The notes under the pieces: generated by a model
The model's input: only the letters and a program-made list of their open reading frames with translations
The model's database searches: none
What the model was told of the DNA's origin: nothing
Position numbers and translations under genes: made by a program
Source of the DNA: Leptogorgia sarmentosa
Taxonomy: Eukaryota
Direction of reading: 5' to 3'
DNA length: 64,000 nt
Assembly (NCBI GenBank): GCA_964658305.1
Contig: OZ210884.1
Location: 806,001-870,000, forward strand
In this document: positions 24,270 to 37,100 of the stretch, one piece after another
Numbering within the stretch: the stretch's first letter is position 1
How the letters are laid out: each line of letters begins with the position of its first letter

Positions 24270-27200
24270 TCTGTTTCATTTATAGAGAACGTAGCAGTAC
24301 TGACTGATGTGAGCATTGACATCGACTCAGATGCCGCCAGAAAACGCCATATGGTGGACACCCATTACTCTACATTTTTCACTGGTATCACGGACCATAA
24401 AGATAGAACCAAACGAATAACGATCAACCTTGGCGCCGATTACAACGTTGCAATGATCCTTATTGTCAACGAAATTTCTTTTCTGAACGAATTGATCGAT
24501 TTTAAAATTGCTATTGGTAGGTAAACCATTCCCTGAGACTCAAAATATTCTTTGTCGGTTTTTATTAGCAGACGATCTTGCCGCACGAGCGGCATATGTC
24601 ACTTCATTGGCAATGATTCAGGTGTTGGGGGCGAGAGGGGGGGGGGTGCCTTTCGCGCCCTGAAATCGACCTTGCGTCTTTCTGACACGTCGTTCACCCC
24701 TCCACCCTGTATCTTTTCCAATCTAAGCTGGTAGCAATATGATTAGCCATAAGCATGAGAGAAATTTCAAAAGACGATGAAGTATGATGTGTCAATGAGA
24801 CCAAATACGCCATAATAGAAAGATGGCCGTCTGTTGATCTCAAAAACTGTTCTCTGCGAATTTAAATCAGTTGCGACGTTCATTTCAGAAGGTTTATCGC
24901 GTCATTTACCCGAGTTTAGCTAGTTTTTGAAGAAATTCTGTGTTTGCGAAGCAAGTGAGCAATATCTTTTCAATTTGTCGGAAATATGAAGTTTTCTGTT
25001 CGCAATGAGCATGGCGAAATCGACATGTCGATGTCCTTCGAACCGCAATATTTTCTGCATGGTTACGAGCATTAAATATCATCCAATCATGAGTACTAGT
25101 AAATTGATTGAAAGGTGGAATATATTTTAATGCCATTGCAGCCGAATTAAATTTGCGAACATTTTCTTAGGATGGACACGCCGCCATCTTGATTTTTACA
25201 ACATATTTTTTAAAAAAATTCCGAATTCCGCTAGGTATGACGAATGCGTTCAGCGACAGCACCCTGTGCGTCCCTGGCGTTCAAGATATGGCTGGTATCT
25301 TGGTAAAATCTTTCTACTGTACACCGGACAGGATTTCTGGGAACCACGTGTTTATAGATCAAGGTGCGGGCAAGCAGATTGCTATCCGTGAGCTCGGAGT
25401 GTACGAAGAAACGAAACGTAAGTGTCGACTATAATAAGGCGTGCACAACTAATCGACATGCACTAGACAAATTTGGTTCTCAAAAGTTTAAATATAACGA
25501 AAAAAACAGAAAGCTATCGCCAGTTAAAAACACGGCGCCCAAATAATCTCACAATTCCGAATTTGGATTTTTAATTATGTGATAGAATGATTTTAAGTTA
25601 AGTGACAATCAAAAGCACTTCTTACTCATAAGCATAGTTGTGTTCAACTCACAGTATTTTCAAACAAGATTGTCGTCAAAATAGATCGTTATTCAAGTCA
25701 TTCAAACACTCGCAATCTGTGATTTAACGGATCGAAATCTTTCGGTTGTTACCATGATCCTCAGATCTGATAAAGCACGTACTCCTCCTCGTATTTTGAA
25801 CAGTACTAAAACCTACATTTTGATATCTATTCATAACATTGCAGCAAAAATTGTGGACCACAGAACAAACCGTTACATCTGGTCAAAAGAGGGAGGCGAA
25901 ATAACTTTGGAATGTGATGCTGAAGGTTATCCGGCCCCGGCAATCTCCTGGGTTAAAGAGAAAGAGCTCCTGGAAAGCGGCCCAACCACTTTACAGTTAT
26001 CGAATTTGAAATTAAACGACAGTCAAGTCATCGAGTGCTGGGCCAATAACTCCAATGGCTTTGATGCAAGATTATACGCCTTGGAAATCACAAGTAAGTT
26101 GATTTGCTTTTCGCTCTCCGTACATCAGGACAGGGTCGCCCACATCAGGCTCGGTGGTAAATTTCACTTGGGCCCTCTGAAGATTCTATCCCGTAGTATT
26201 ACGGGAGAATTTAGTACGTTTTAAATTCCCTCCTCATTAGCCAATCAGGTTCTAGTAATTTTGCCCTCTATATGATTATAATAGAACCCCCCCCCCCCGA
26301 AAAAAACAAAAAAAAACTGGAATAGTAATTGTGGTAGGTAGTAATTAGGGATTATAGGTATTAGGTATTCAGTATCAGTAGGAATCAGTATTCAAATTAG
26401 GTATATAAGTGCTTGTAATAATAATTTTTTGGTGAGTCGAAAGCAGGCGTTCGTAAATACACGTATTAAAAAGAACAACAAATATCTTGCATATTTTTTG
26501 TTAATGGTGAACAGGTTTTGATGACAACAATGTCACTAATTTTGACCAACAAGTGACGTACGTGGCCAAAATGAAATGCTGAAGTAACGAAAAGATTATT
26601 GCGAACTTTATCGAAGCATTTTTTGAATTAAATTGTGCATGTAGCTTTCGCAGGCTTTGAAAATATTCATAAATTGAGAAGAAGTAGATGAATCGACCTA
26701 TACTATATGTTGTTTTGAACACTAGTGGTAACAATATACCAAAAATATTAAGACGAATTGAAGACTTTCTTTATGCCACGTATTTCGCTCAAAACTGAAA
26801 TTCGACAAAATATAAATCTTAAATTTTGAAATTTCACAGTCGGCAAACTCATTTAAAAAGCTTGATAGATTCATAATTAATGATATAAAACGGAACTATA
26901 AAAATTTTGGAGGGTACGCCAAAGAGAAAATTACGTTTGAACTCTTGCATTTTTTAGCTACTGAAACCAACTCCATTCATGTTGCGCTGGTTATATGAAC
27001 ATTGATGTTCATAATTTTTATATTCCTTTAAGTTCCTCAATGCCCAGACATAGTTTCGAAGATAGCGAACGGTTTTGTCGAGACAATAATCATAGAATAA
27101 TTTGATTTTGAGAGGAACGCCAAAACGATTTCAATTTGTTGACGATTTTAAAAAATCGCGAGGAAAAAATCGTAACTGAACGTAAATCGAACGTAATTCT

Positions 27201-30145
27201 ACATGTCAAGTGAAACCTGCACACCTTCACCCTACGCAAGACCGAGTAAATTCCATTCCTCCTCATCAATTTAACAATTAATCAACGAGGCCGAGTTGTC
27301 TATGAGCGATTAGTATAAATTTTCAAGTGACTATAACATTTCCTGCAATCTGATTGGTTAAAATTTGCTGTCTCTGGTGTTATAGTCACTGGGCAGTGAC
27401 TATAAAGATTTTTCATAGTTAAAATTCAAAATGGCCGCTCGTTTTGCTGAAGTTTCGCAGGAGGAAATTGACAAAATTAAACAAGAAAGCATCCCGAAGA
27501 AAGTTAAACAAGCAACAAAATATGGTTTAAAAATCTTTCAATGTAAAATATTTTATTTATTGTTATTTTTATGCAACAAAACTGGCTTTTTTCACTTGCA
27601 AAGTAGTGATATGAGCGTGAATTATTTTATGTAAACAAACTATAAGCAAAGTAAACAAAACTTGAATTTCTACTTAAAAGACAGTTTGAATCAAATCAGT
27701 TTGACCTGGGAATTTATACTAAAACAATTAGTCGCCTCAGGCTTCGGTGATCACAAGCTCATAGTCACCCCGCGCCTTGGTGACTACGAGCTTGTAATCA
27801 CCTCGCCTTCGGCGAATAATTGTTAAATAGACAACGGCTGAGTAGCCAATCAGAATGTAGCATTTGTAATAGACGATGGTTGGGTGTATACTAAATATAT
27901 ATATACCGTTAAGGAAATTACTCAGTTTTACATACTTTTCTAAACGCAGGTGAATTGCGCATGTGCGTAAAAAATCGTGAACTTAAATTTCAAACTGGGC
28001 AATCGCAAACGGTGGAAGATGCTGAACTTCAAGGAAACATGTTTTATCGATTCACTGATGCACAAAAATATTCTGACCTCAAGGTAATTCAGTTTCGAAA
28101 TATAGTAGAATTTCAGCCAATAATTTATCTTCGGGCCAGCTCGGCAGACAACCAAAGTAATTGTATGTCAGCTTTGCACTTGTACATGCTGCTAATCCAC
28201 GCAGTTATAAGACTGTTCGATTTGTTGTGAAACCGGGGGCGCCGGAAGCCACTTGAAGCGGCGGGGGCAGCCATTTAAAAAGGGCACTTTTTCTAGACAT
28301 TAAATGTTCCTGTGCGGTAATGTTCGGTAAGATTTTCCTATATGGATACTGGACCACACTGCACAAGATGTTTTTATATAAAATAAGTTCGATACAATTT
28401 TATTTTACGTATTACTTTACATTGAATTATATTTAAGAAACACAATTACACCTGTTAACGCTAATAATGCATGATTAATGAAATATCCTTCATATCCTGC
28501 ATGTGGAAAAGGGCAACGAGTTGCCCCCGCACTGCCCCCGCACCTTAAGGGCAACGGGGGCAGCTGCCCCCGCTGCCCCCGTGCTTCCGGCGCCCCTGTG
28601 TGAAACTCATTAATAATTGATGAAGAAAACACAAGAAAAATCGGGCATCTGAAATCGTGAAATGTGACACAGATTCTTTATACAGGGTGGGCCGGAAAAA
28701 ATGAGAAAAAATTTTACAGAAGTTGGATAATATCTCATGGATATGCAAATATCTCATGAATATCAAATTAATGAGTCACATGAATTATAATCCCTGTGGC
28801 AGTGAAAATGCATTCTACTCGTGCCAGAATTAATGCATGCATGGAACAACAAGTCTTTGCAGGTGAACGCGGTCTGACCGTTTGAATGGAAATTAAAGAG
28901 CCCTCTGACTCGCTCTGTATATTGTGGCGACATCCCCGCCGAAAAAAATAATTTCTCTTTTTCTACGTTCTTCAGTTTTACGAAACAAGCCCACCAAAGA
29001 CGAATCCTTCCTGCAAAGCCTGGCTGAAGGAGAAGCACCCCAGTTTAAAAGATGGCGTGGTGTCGCGACAACTGTGTATTAGGGACCAAGGTGACGACTG
29101 CCATAGCACCCTAGACATCTACGTAAGAAGATGTACACACCACTACGTTTATAATTTCAAGAATTTGAGAGACCTGTCACAGATGAAGTTTTGCATGCAA
29201 AGCGGTAAGTAATCTGGACAGCGATTGCCTTGTTCTTGGCTCTTCTCTCAAATATTGAAGCAAACATTAATGTAAAATTTCGGAACTTAACTTTGGAACG
29301 ATATTTCCAGGTTTATTCGGAATTATTCCCCTTCAGAAAACATGGCAAGGAAACATGCAATGAATTTTTCCTTGTCTGATCACCATTGAAAAACATACCT
29401 AGAAAAAATTGTTTTCTAGTCTGTCCAGTTTCAGAGAACATGGCTAGGAAACAATGTTTTTTTTCGGGTTCGTTCACCTTTGAGGAACATGGCTAGGAAG
29501 CAATATTTTCTGGTTTGACCATGCACCCTCCGAAAACATGTCTAAGAATTCCTGGTTTGTTCCCCTTTTGGAAACATGAATAGAAAACAATATTCCCTGG
29601 TTTGTTCACCTTTGGTGAACAGGGCTAGGAAACAATATTTCTTGGCTTGTTCCCGTTTGGGAAACATGGCTAGGAAACAATATTTCCTGGTTTGATCACT
29701 TTTGGTGGACAGTGCTAGGAAATAACGTTTTCGGATTGAATTTAGTACTTTAACAACAATTTGTAAACTTTCGAACGAAATTCAAAATATTTTAGTGACG
29801 TTGAAGACATTTGAAATCGATTGTATAGCGACTTTGTATTTTCAATTTACTTCTCATTTCTCAGTTAATCTTCAACACGGACTCCGACCGCTGATGACGT
29901 CATCGAAACGGCACTTTACCCTTTCCGAGAAGACGTTCCATACTGAAGAGAATTTCCAGGAATCCTTCGAATGTCTCGTGCTCTGCCAGTTGGACAACAG
30001 ATGCAAGTCGTTCAATTTTTCTAAGAAACTACAATTATGCGAACTGAACAGCGCTACGAAGAAGGAATTCCCAGGAAACTTAGTTTCATCCAAGAATTTC
30101 GATCATTATCATGTCAACCGTGGCGTTGTGAAACACGAATTGTAA
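15140..30145 (+). CDS. Secreted mosaic protein, 740 aa: signal peptide, 3 F-type-lectin/F5-8C-like domains, Ig, uromodulin-like D8C, PAN/apple
   Basis: Twelve phase-compatible GT-AG exons totalling 2223 nt with no internal stop: 15140-15157, 16224-16278, 19950-20213, 20940-21113, 22016-22252, 23300-23467, 24286-24516, 25235-25417, 25845-26093, 27950-28083, 28976-29204, 29865-30145. Motifs: MKLLYQLILFTGVFQIVISG (signal); ATDGN..PWLRIDLG..MKGRYI; NIAYKK..KAVD..WMRVDL..RDSCC..FGRYVNI; ITINLG; LECDAEGYPAPAISW..ECWANNSNG (Ig); FYRF..WLKEKHPSLKDGVVSRQLC..IYVRRC..YVY (D8C); CLVLC..RCKSFNF..CELN (PAN). Confidence 0.85.
16757..17939 (-). ncRNA. Type I minimal hammerhead ribozyme of the Penelope pLTR, split by a transposon (halves at 17921-17939 and 16757-16798)
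   Basis: Removing 16799-17920 and one TSD copy gives ATTGC CTGATGA GTGTGGTCA tctat TGACCATAC GAA ACAG aa CTGT C GCAAT. This has stem I (ATTGC/GCAAT), the complete core, a 9-bp stem II, stem III and a GUC cleavage triplet. Confidence 0.88.
16799..17920. mobile_element. Non-autonomous DNA transposon, P-superfamily-like
   Basis: Perfect 32-bp TIR CATAGATTAAGTAACATATAGATGTGAAACTC and a 7-bp TSD (ACCACAC). CATAG termini with 7-8 bp TSDs fit P-like elements. Confidence 0.85.
18084..18162. mobile_element. 79-bp fold-back MITE, P-like
   Basis: Near-perfect hairpin CATAGGTAGCCCAACGCACGC...GCGTGCGTTGGGCTACCTATG with a perfect 7-bp TSD (GTAAATC), inside the Penelope 3' region. Confidence 0.85.
18314..18559. 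mobile_element. Kolobok-like MITE
   Basis: TTAA on both sides (18310-18313, 18560-18563) and an imperfect TIR AGGTG..CCACTC / GAGTGG..CACCT. Removing it restores the Penelope reading frame KILK|KCKPY. Confidence 0.8.
22809..22883. repeat. (TAT)n microsatellite
   Basis: Directly visible; an (AAT)n run also lies at 24237-24269. Confidence 0.95.
23614..23757. repeat. 36-bp minisatellite, 4 copies
   Basis: Unit CAAAAACCGCCCTTGATTGAAGACATCTCTATAATA starting at 23614, 23650, 23686 and 23722. Confidence 0.92.
27273..27895 (+). mobile_element. Crypton-like element with N-terminal coding remnant
   Basis: 27431: MAARFAEVSQEEIDKIKQESIPKKVKQATKYGLKIFQ resembles the N-terminus of Crypton/DUF3504-type proteins. 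TTCG-capped hairpins at ~27733-27815. The right end is the reverse complement of 14265-14330. Confidence 0.6.
28234..28598. mobile_element. hAT-type MITE
   Basis: TIR CGGGGGCGCCGGAAGC / GCTTCCGGCGCCCCTG; perfect TSD TGTGAAAC. Confidence 0.85.
29335..29735. repeat. Degenerate ~40-45 bp tandem repeat
   Basis: Recurring AACATGGCTAGGAAACAATATTTCCTGGTTTG...CCTTT units. Confidence 0.8.
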
Positions 30146-31421
30146 ATTTGAAACACTGATTTTAACCTTCTAATATTTGTAATTGATAAATTTGTAAGTT
30201 CGTGCATGTTCAACAGGTGTCCCGCAGGGACCCCACTCAGGGTCACTCTACAAAATGCTCGCGCTTTTGCAAAAAAATTTCCACAACACGGAAAACGTTG
30301 GAAAGCTAAAATTTTGACGTCATCGTAGTCGATTCCTTAGCGCTGATTGGCTAAATTATAGAGAATTTTTAATCATTTCAATTACACAGGTGTGTCATCA
30401 ATTATTAATTACATGCATGGTCCGAGCACGGGATGAATATTTAAACAATATTAAAACAACGCTAAAAGTTTTGGTTTTCCGTCACCTATTTTCGACTTTT
30501 AATACTGGAAATGCGCGGATTTTTCAAAATTTCGGTCAGACCGGTCTGGCCATGTAAAAGCAAATCGCCCCAATACTAACTGTATGGTTTCCATAAAATT
30601 TCAATATTACGGGAGTTTCTAAATCTCACCGATGGTAAGACTCGAAGTCAGTAGGCATTTTTAGTAAATGTACGTTAGTTTCGACACACAGCGATCAAAA
30701 CGTTCGATAAGAGCTTTTCATTCAAGATTTTTTGTCAGTATCATATAAACTGTAGCGTTATGAAACAAGAATTGTGAATTTTAAACACCAATTTCAATTT
30801 AATTTATACTTATTTAATAACATTGTAAATTTATGACATTTTTTAATGTATATATAATTATATAATAATTTAGAAACATGTGTCGCGTCACGACTCAAGA
30901 CACTTCACACTGGAACTGTAGGTTTTTTGAATAGATATTTAAGTACAATTATTTGCACTTGTTAGTACACGTCGTTTACGATAAATATGACAGACAAACG
31001 AAGAATTCCCGATAAAGTTAACGTCAATAATACGTTCGCATACACAACTCGTTCACTTGCGTAGTCACTCCAGTTCTCCACAATACGATGCCTATATTCT
31101 ACCAATATGCGATCCAACAACTCTACTTCAATCTAAGAACAGCACACACACACAAAAAAAACGCGCACCTCCCCCCCGACACACACACATTTATGCTACA
31201 CAAACAGGAATACATATTTTTGTCCCAAAAATTTCCCATACGTAAATGGGACACGTTGATGGTGACTGTGTTCCAATTTTGTGGTCTCTAATGTCGCCAT
31301 AATCCGTTACGCCTTCCCAGTTCCCTGTTATGTTCTTGACGTTCGTTTGTGGGATGGGGCGTGCCATTAATTACAATGCATATTTTCCCACTTATACATT
31401 TTTATGTTTGCATGATATATA

Positions 31422-31658
31422 CAGGTTGTTCCCAGAAAAGACACCTCTGTAGAAATCAAGTTCTTTTGTTTTCAAACGTGCGTTGTTATGCTTTTGAGAA
31501 TATAATTGAATGGTTCACGAACACAGAAGTATTTATAAATTATAACAGCACACGCTTTTGTTGCTGTTCGTCAGAAGCTAGTTTAAATGAGGTGGAATAA
31601 CTCGAGATTAACAACAAAAGAGTGATTTCTATAGAGGAGACTTTTTTGGGACACCCTG
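31422..31658. mobile_element. Tc1/mariner-type MITE (family T), opposite orientation
   Basis: TA-flanked; reverse complement of the 61497-61738 copy. Confidence 0.8.
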
Positions 31659-31888
31659 TAGAAATACTGCATTGGGAAAAGGCAAAGAAGAACAACCATA
31701 TAATATTGAAATAAGACAAGTTTGTCGATATATTGTTGTTATATTGACGTAGCCGCATTTAATCTGTATTTTGCTTACTCTTCAATTCTTGAGTAAGTTC
31801 ATGTGTTGTCTACATTTTCAAAATATCAATAGATGAAATGTATAAAAATTTAGTTTATAAATATTTCAAAACTTTTCATACAAATATA

Positions 31889-32380
31889 ATAATAAAGGGT
31901 TATTGACCTCGCTTGTTCGGTCTGTACTGTGAAATATCAGACCGAGGTTTTTTAGTATGGACCGAGCGACGAAGGAGCGAGGTCAATGCAAAAAAACTGA
32001 GGTCTGATATTTCACAGTACAGACCGAACAAGCGAGGTCAATAAACTGTTTATTATATGGCTGAATTGAGTATTTGAGCATAATTTATGCTTTTCGCGCG
32101 AATTAAACCGGCTATCATCAGTTTCACTTAGTAACAGTACATGGTAGACATACATGCTCAATCTTATTAAACAATTTGGTTGTCAGAAATTTTTATCTAA
32201 ATTGGACAATTAAAAAGCAAAAATCTGTTCTGTTTGCGAAGCGAAATTTACCGCAAGATAAACGACATCCGGGACACCGGTCCAGATACGGAAAATACGG
32301 ACCACGGTCCGGATATGGGTTTCTACGGACCGCTTGTCAACTAATCAGAATAGAGAATTTTGAAAAGCCATATAATAATA
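31889..32380. mobile_element. Crypton-like non-autonomous repeat
   Basis: Palindrome 31901-32044 centred on CGAGCGACGAAGGAGCGAGG, the same core as at ~10479-10498. Ends in CCATATAATAA. Related sequence at ~52776-53455. Confidence 0.6.
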
Positions 32381-32987
32381 GGTTGTATTTCACAAAAAAA
32401 AATTGAACGTGGTGCAAATTAAAACAAATGATTGTCAAACCAGGATTAAGACTTATATTTATGCCATTATTTTCACACTTTTTGAAAAACTGAATATATG
32501 AAAACAATTTGTAAATATTTGTGGATAGTTTTTATGGATACGTACCATGTTTATTTATTAAAAATCTAAGCTTACGGCCCGTAAGACTCAGGCCATCATC
32601 AGAGATGAAATACAAACGTTAAATTTGCGAATATTTGTACATGCACGACAATTAAATTTACTTCAATCTATGTAAATATGCTTCTACATACAAATACAAA
32701 TAATAAAGATAGCTAAGAGTGGGCCCAACATATAACTTTGAGTAAAGCCATAAACACAATGTAAAAGTTTTAAAAGTGATTTATTTAGTAACGTTTCGTC
32801 TTTGTAAGAACCTTATTTCAAGAGGATAAAGCGCGTGACAGTTAGTTATAACTGAAAAATTTGCGGCTCTCAAATTTGCGGCCCTTTAACCTAAGACATC
32901 TTCAGACTATAAATAAAGATAATTAATTAGCACATTTATATTCTTACCCTATGTAATTTTATACCATTATAGTCTGAAGATGTCTTA

Positions 32988-33160
32988 AGGCCCGTTCACA
33001 CGAGCGATTTTTTGCTGGGATTTTCTCCTTCTGATGGATCGACAAGGAATGTGCTGAGTGCCTGTTTTCTCACCTGAACATTTGTGATACTCGTTCACAT
33101 CCGTCAAAAAGAGAAAATCGCACTAGAAATCGCGGCGAAATCGCTCGTGTGAACGGCGCT
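32988..33160. mobile_element. PIF/Harbinger-type MITE inserted in a hammerhead relic
   Basis: TIR AGGCCCGTTCACACGAGCGATTT; TTA TSD; related copies at ~509-640 and ~34989-35157. Confidence 0.8.
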
Positions 33161-34132
33161 TTAGGTTAAAGACGTTACTAAATAAATCACTCTTAAAAAT
33201 TTTAGTTACATTGTGTTTATGGCTTTACTGAAAGTTATGATGTTGGGCTCTTATCTTTATTATAAGAATTCGTTTCCTGCCTGGCAAATCTCTTGCTACG
33301 ATATCAAATACAAATACTTCGATGTCCAAAAAATATAGTTCAATTTCTTTTTCAATTTCTTATTAGTGAGGCGAGGGAAGTCCGACGCTCCATGCATGTA
33401 TTTTTTCGAAAGGTCGAAAAAATACGGCAACCACCCCAAAAAATTAAACAAATATTTATTCATTTCAACTAAACATGCACCACTAGTAGAAATAGAAAAG
33501 AAGTTCACTGACTCACGTACTGTCGCATTTAATTAAATACAACTATCAGTACAACGTTTATTTATGAAAAATGTTGAAAGAAGTAGTACAGTACAAATAA
33601 TCACGAACAACACAATTAACTTGAGTTATATATATGGATCAAAATTAAAACGTCGTAGTAATATCTAAGTTAATGCTGTTTTAGTGCACGAATGAAAGAT
33701 TGCTACAATTGAGTATTTATAGCAGTGTATAAATTTCATGATGACTATAGTCACCAGTAAAGGGGAACAAGAAAAGGTACAACGTGGGGGGGGGGATTAT
33801 AAAGTCGCCCCGCCCCCAAAGCCAGAAACTGGGATGGACAAGCCCCCCCCCCGTCCCCCAGCATTAGGCTGATTGCTAATATCAGAGAAATGGTTTTGTT
33901 TATGCTAATGAATTTTTGAAGCACAAAAGAACTGTTGCAGGAATGCAACATTGATGTTTTTTTTGTTTCTTCATTTACTGCATGTCTCAATCACAAAATA
34001 TAGACGTCAATTGAATATTGATTTGGCTTTCAAATAAGATATGAATTATTCAAGGACGTTTTTCACTGGTGGGTGTATCCAATTTTGATTTGAAAACATA
34101 AAAATAATTAGTAGAGAATAATTCTGTTGAAG

Positions 34133-37100
34133 TTACGGCTGCATCCTTGAGTGGTAATCTTCACTTTTCTGGCAAGCTACTTTCCACGCTTCCACGGCAT
34201 GTTGCACTTGGATGTCTTCAGGAATATGTTCTTCTAAACCACCGATCTCGTCACATCCCTTCTCATCGAGTTTGGCATTGATATACTGCGATAAACTAAT
34301 AAGGCAATATTATTAATATTATATATCATTTATCAGGGAAGCAGTGAGTTTTGTGTTCCCGAGACGCTGACCATGTTGGTCTGTTGTCTTGGTATGTTCA
34401 CCTGACCCAAGTAGTTGGCTATCCCGTACTTTGCTCCTATCATAATACAATTTCCAGCCTTATTTGAACCAGATATACAAATATGCTCATAGCACTATCC
34501 TCTCCCCATCAAAAAAAAAACTACACCCGGTTTGTTTTCATGTAGCGTAAAAGGTATAAAAGCTATTATACTAAAACGAAAAGCATTGTATCCACAAAGG
34601 ATCATGATAAATGTTTCTACGAGTTTCATAAATTGGCCAGACAGCGAAAAAAATGCCCGCATAAGAGTGAGTCGGTTGCAGATGTCACTTTACATGGAAT
34701 TATTTTAATTCAGCTGTTTTACTTTAGATCCTTTCGTTGCAAATTCACATTTACAGAAAAATTGCACCGCAAATTGTTTCTTAAAAATAAATAAACTGAA
34801 CTTACGGCCAGTGTAGCTGCTCTTCAGGGGCATTCTTCAGGTAGAGCAAAATAAATTCCAGCAATTCACGAACAAAATGATCCACATTTAGCTTTTGTAA
34901 TCCACCGTTTAAGGCAAACTTTTGTTTTCTGTCAAGTGATGACTTCACCCTATCCGATACATCATCAAATGGATCCTAAGAAATAGTAAGGCCCGTTAAC
35001 ACTTAACACGGATGTGAATGAGCGAATCAATTACGAATGTCGTGAGTGTATGTTTCGTTACCTGAACATTCGTAACAGGTTTACTCATTCACAACCATCG
35101 AAAGGAGAAAATCGCACTAGAAATCGCAGTCTAAACGTTGCAAGTGTAAACGGCCTGTAAACACTGAGGGCGTTGTGGGAGCTGTTCAACATGCAGGCGC
35201 GAATCAAGATTTTCCCGAAACATATATTTTACATTTCCAAATACATGAAAAAAGGGGGGTGTTACGGTGTTTTGCCCGACTAAGGGGCATGATATTTTCA
35301 GAGATTCCGAGTGTCGCGTTGTGATGTTAAAAACGTGCCAACGAAAGCTAATAAGGAATTTGAATGGTGGGAAGGTGGGGGCGGGGAACGGGGGCCATCC
35401 TGGTTGGCGCCGAGCGATAAAATTTTGGACATTTAGAAACTTTAATATTTGTAAGGGAAATGTTAGGGATCTGAGAAATTGATATTTCTGAGTTTACAGT
35501 GATTTATCCTTACTTTTTGCCCGACGAGTATACCGTTTCACTTATAATGTCTAACGAAATGCGCTATAACGTCAAGAGTTCTCATTTTTTAATTTCTCAA
35601 TTGCACACTGAAAGTGGACCCGTGTTAAATTTTGTTTGGATAAAATATTTAAGCATCCAATAGATTTGTGATTTTGAAATTGGAGAAAATATTTGCGTTC
35701 GTCATACAAAGAATTTCAAGATCTTCATTACGAGAAGTTTGCCACTCAAATATATATCAGGCAAAGAGGATGAGCTTATAGTCGCGTTAACATGTACCAG
35801 TTTAACATCTCACTCGTACGGCAAAATGTCAAATGTATACAAACCTGTTTACGCTGTGTCAATACTCTTGCTCTTTCTAAAGACAACAACAGCCATAGTG
35901 ATATAATGTGTTGCAGTTGACAAAACTGCTCAGCCTAAAAGCAAAAATTATTCACCAGTTAAAACACTAAAAGTTAAAACTATTTCAAATAATCAGTTGA
36001 AGGAAAGCTAGAATAATTTTGAGATAATGATGGTCGAAAGCATGCACTTTAGGAGCGATATATTGGAAATTTCAACTTTTTCAGTTCATGCATGTTTGAT
36101 GTCTGACCAATGTTCGACCACAATATCGATTTCTACTGGCCCTTAATAAAAACTGCAATCACCCTATAGTACTTTTTACAGAGTAAATTAGGTCAAATAT
36201 AAAATGTGGTCCTACACAAGTCGCTTCCAACAATAACAGTTGCAAAATAATTATTTACATTGATGTTTAGCACTATGCCTTTTTATGAATCATGAAATTG
36301 GAAAAAAAATCGTCACGTTAACGAATAACTATGATGTTTCCAATTATCATCGATAAACTAAATAAAAAGGATCGGAATTGGAAATATATATAATTAAAAG
36401 ATTAAACCAACAAATAACACGATTTTGTCGGCCATGTTTGATAGAATCATTGTATCATGATAAATACTGAATGGGAGAAACATATTCGCCTTATCAATTA
36501 ACGGTTATAAAAGTCGTATGCCAAAACGATTGCATGGATTGACAACGTCAACTGAGAATGATAAAGCAGTCCCAAGGGCGTCAATCCGTTCCAAAAAGTG
36601 GGGGGGGGGGACCATAAGCGTAGGAGCTACATTTTTTCAGGGAGGGGACAGAAAGATCTTTGCCCGAATTTGAGGGCAGTGAATGTCACGAGGCGCCTCC
36701 ATGGTTGGCGCCGAGCGAGAAATTTTTGACATTTTACAACCTCTGGATTGCCGGTAACGGCGATTTCAGAGTCCTAACTCCACTTTCTTGTATGCTCGTT
36801 CAGGTGAACGACTGGAGGATTGTTGACATTATTTGAATTTTTTGGGGGACAGTTGCCCCCCTTGTCCCCCCGCCTCGTACGCCTATGATGGGGGGGGGGA
36901 CAAAAATCTGTCTGTTGTAAAATAATAATGAAACGTGCCCCTTTCTAGAAGGGTGTGGGGGCAATCTTCCCCGAATAATTTTGAAATTTGAAACATCATG
37001 CACAAATACCATTTTACTAAAATAATTCCGCCGAATTTCTTGCCTAAATTATATGAGAATTTTTTGTCGATGTCGAATGTGTATTATTCGAATACGTATT

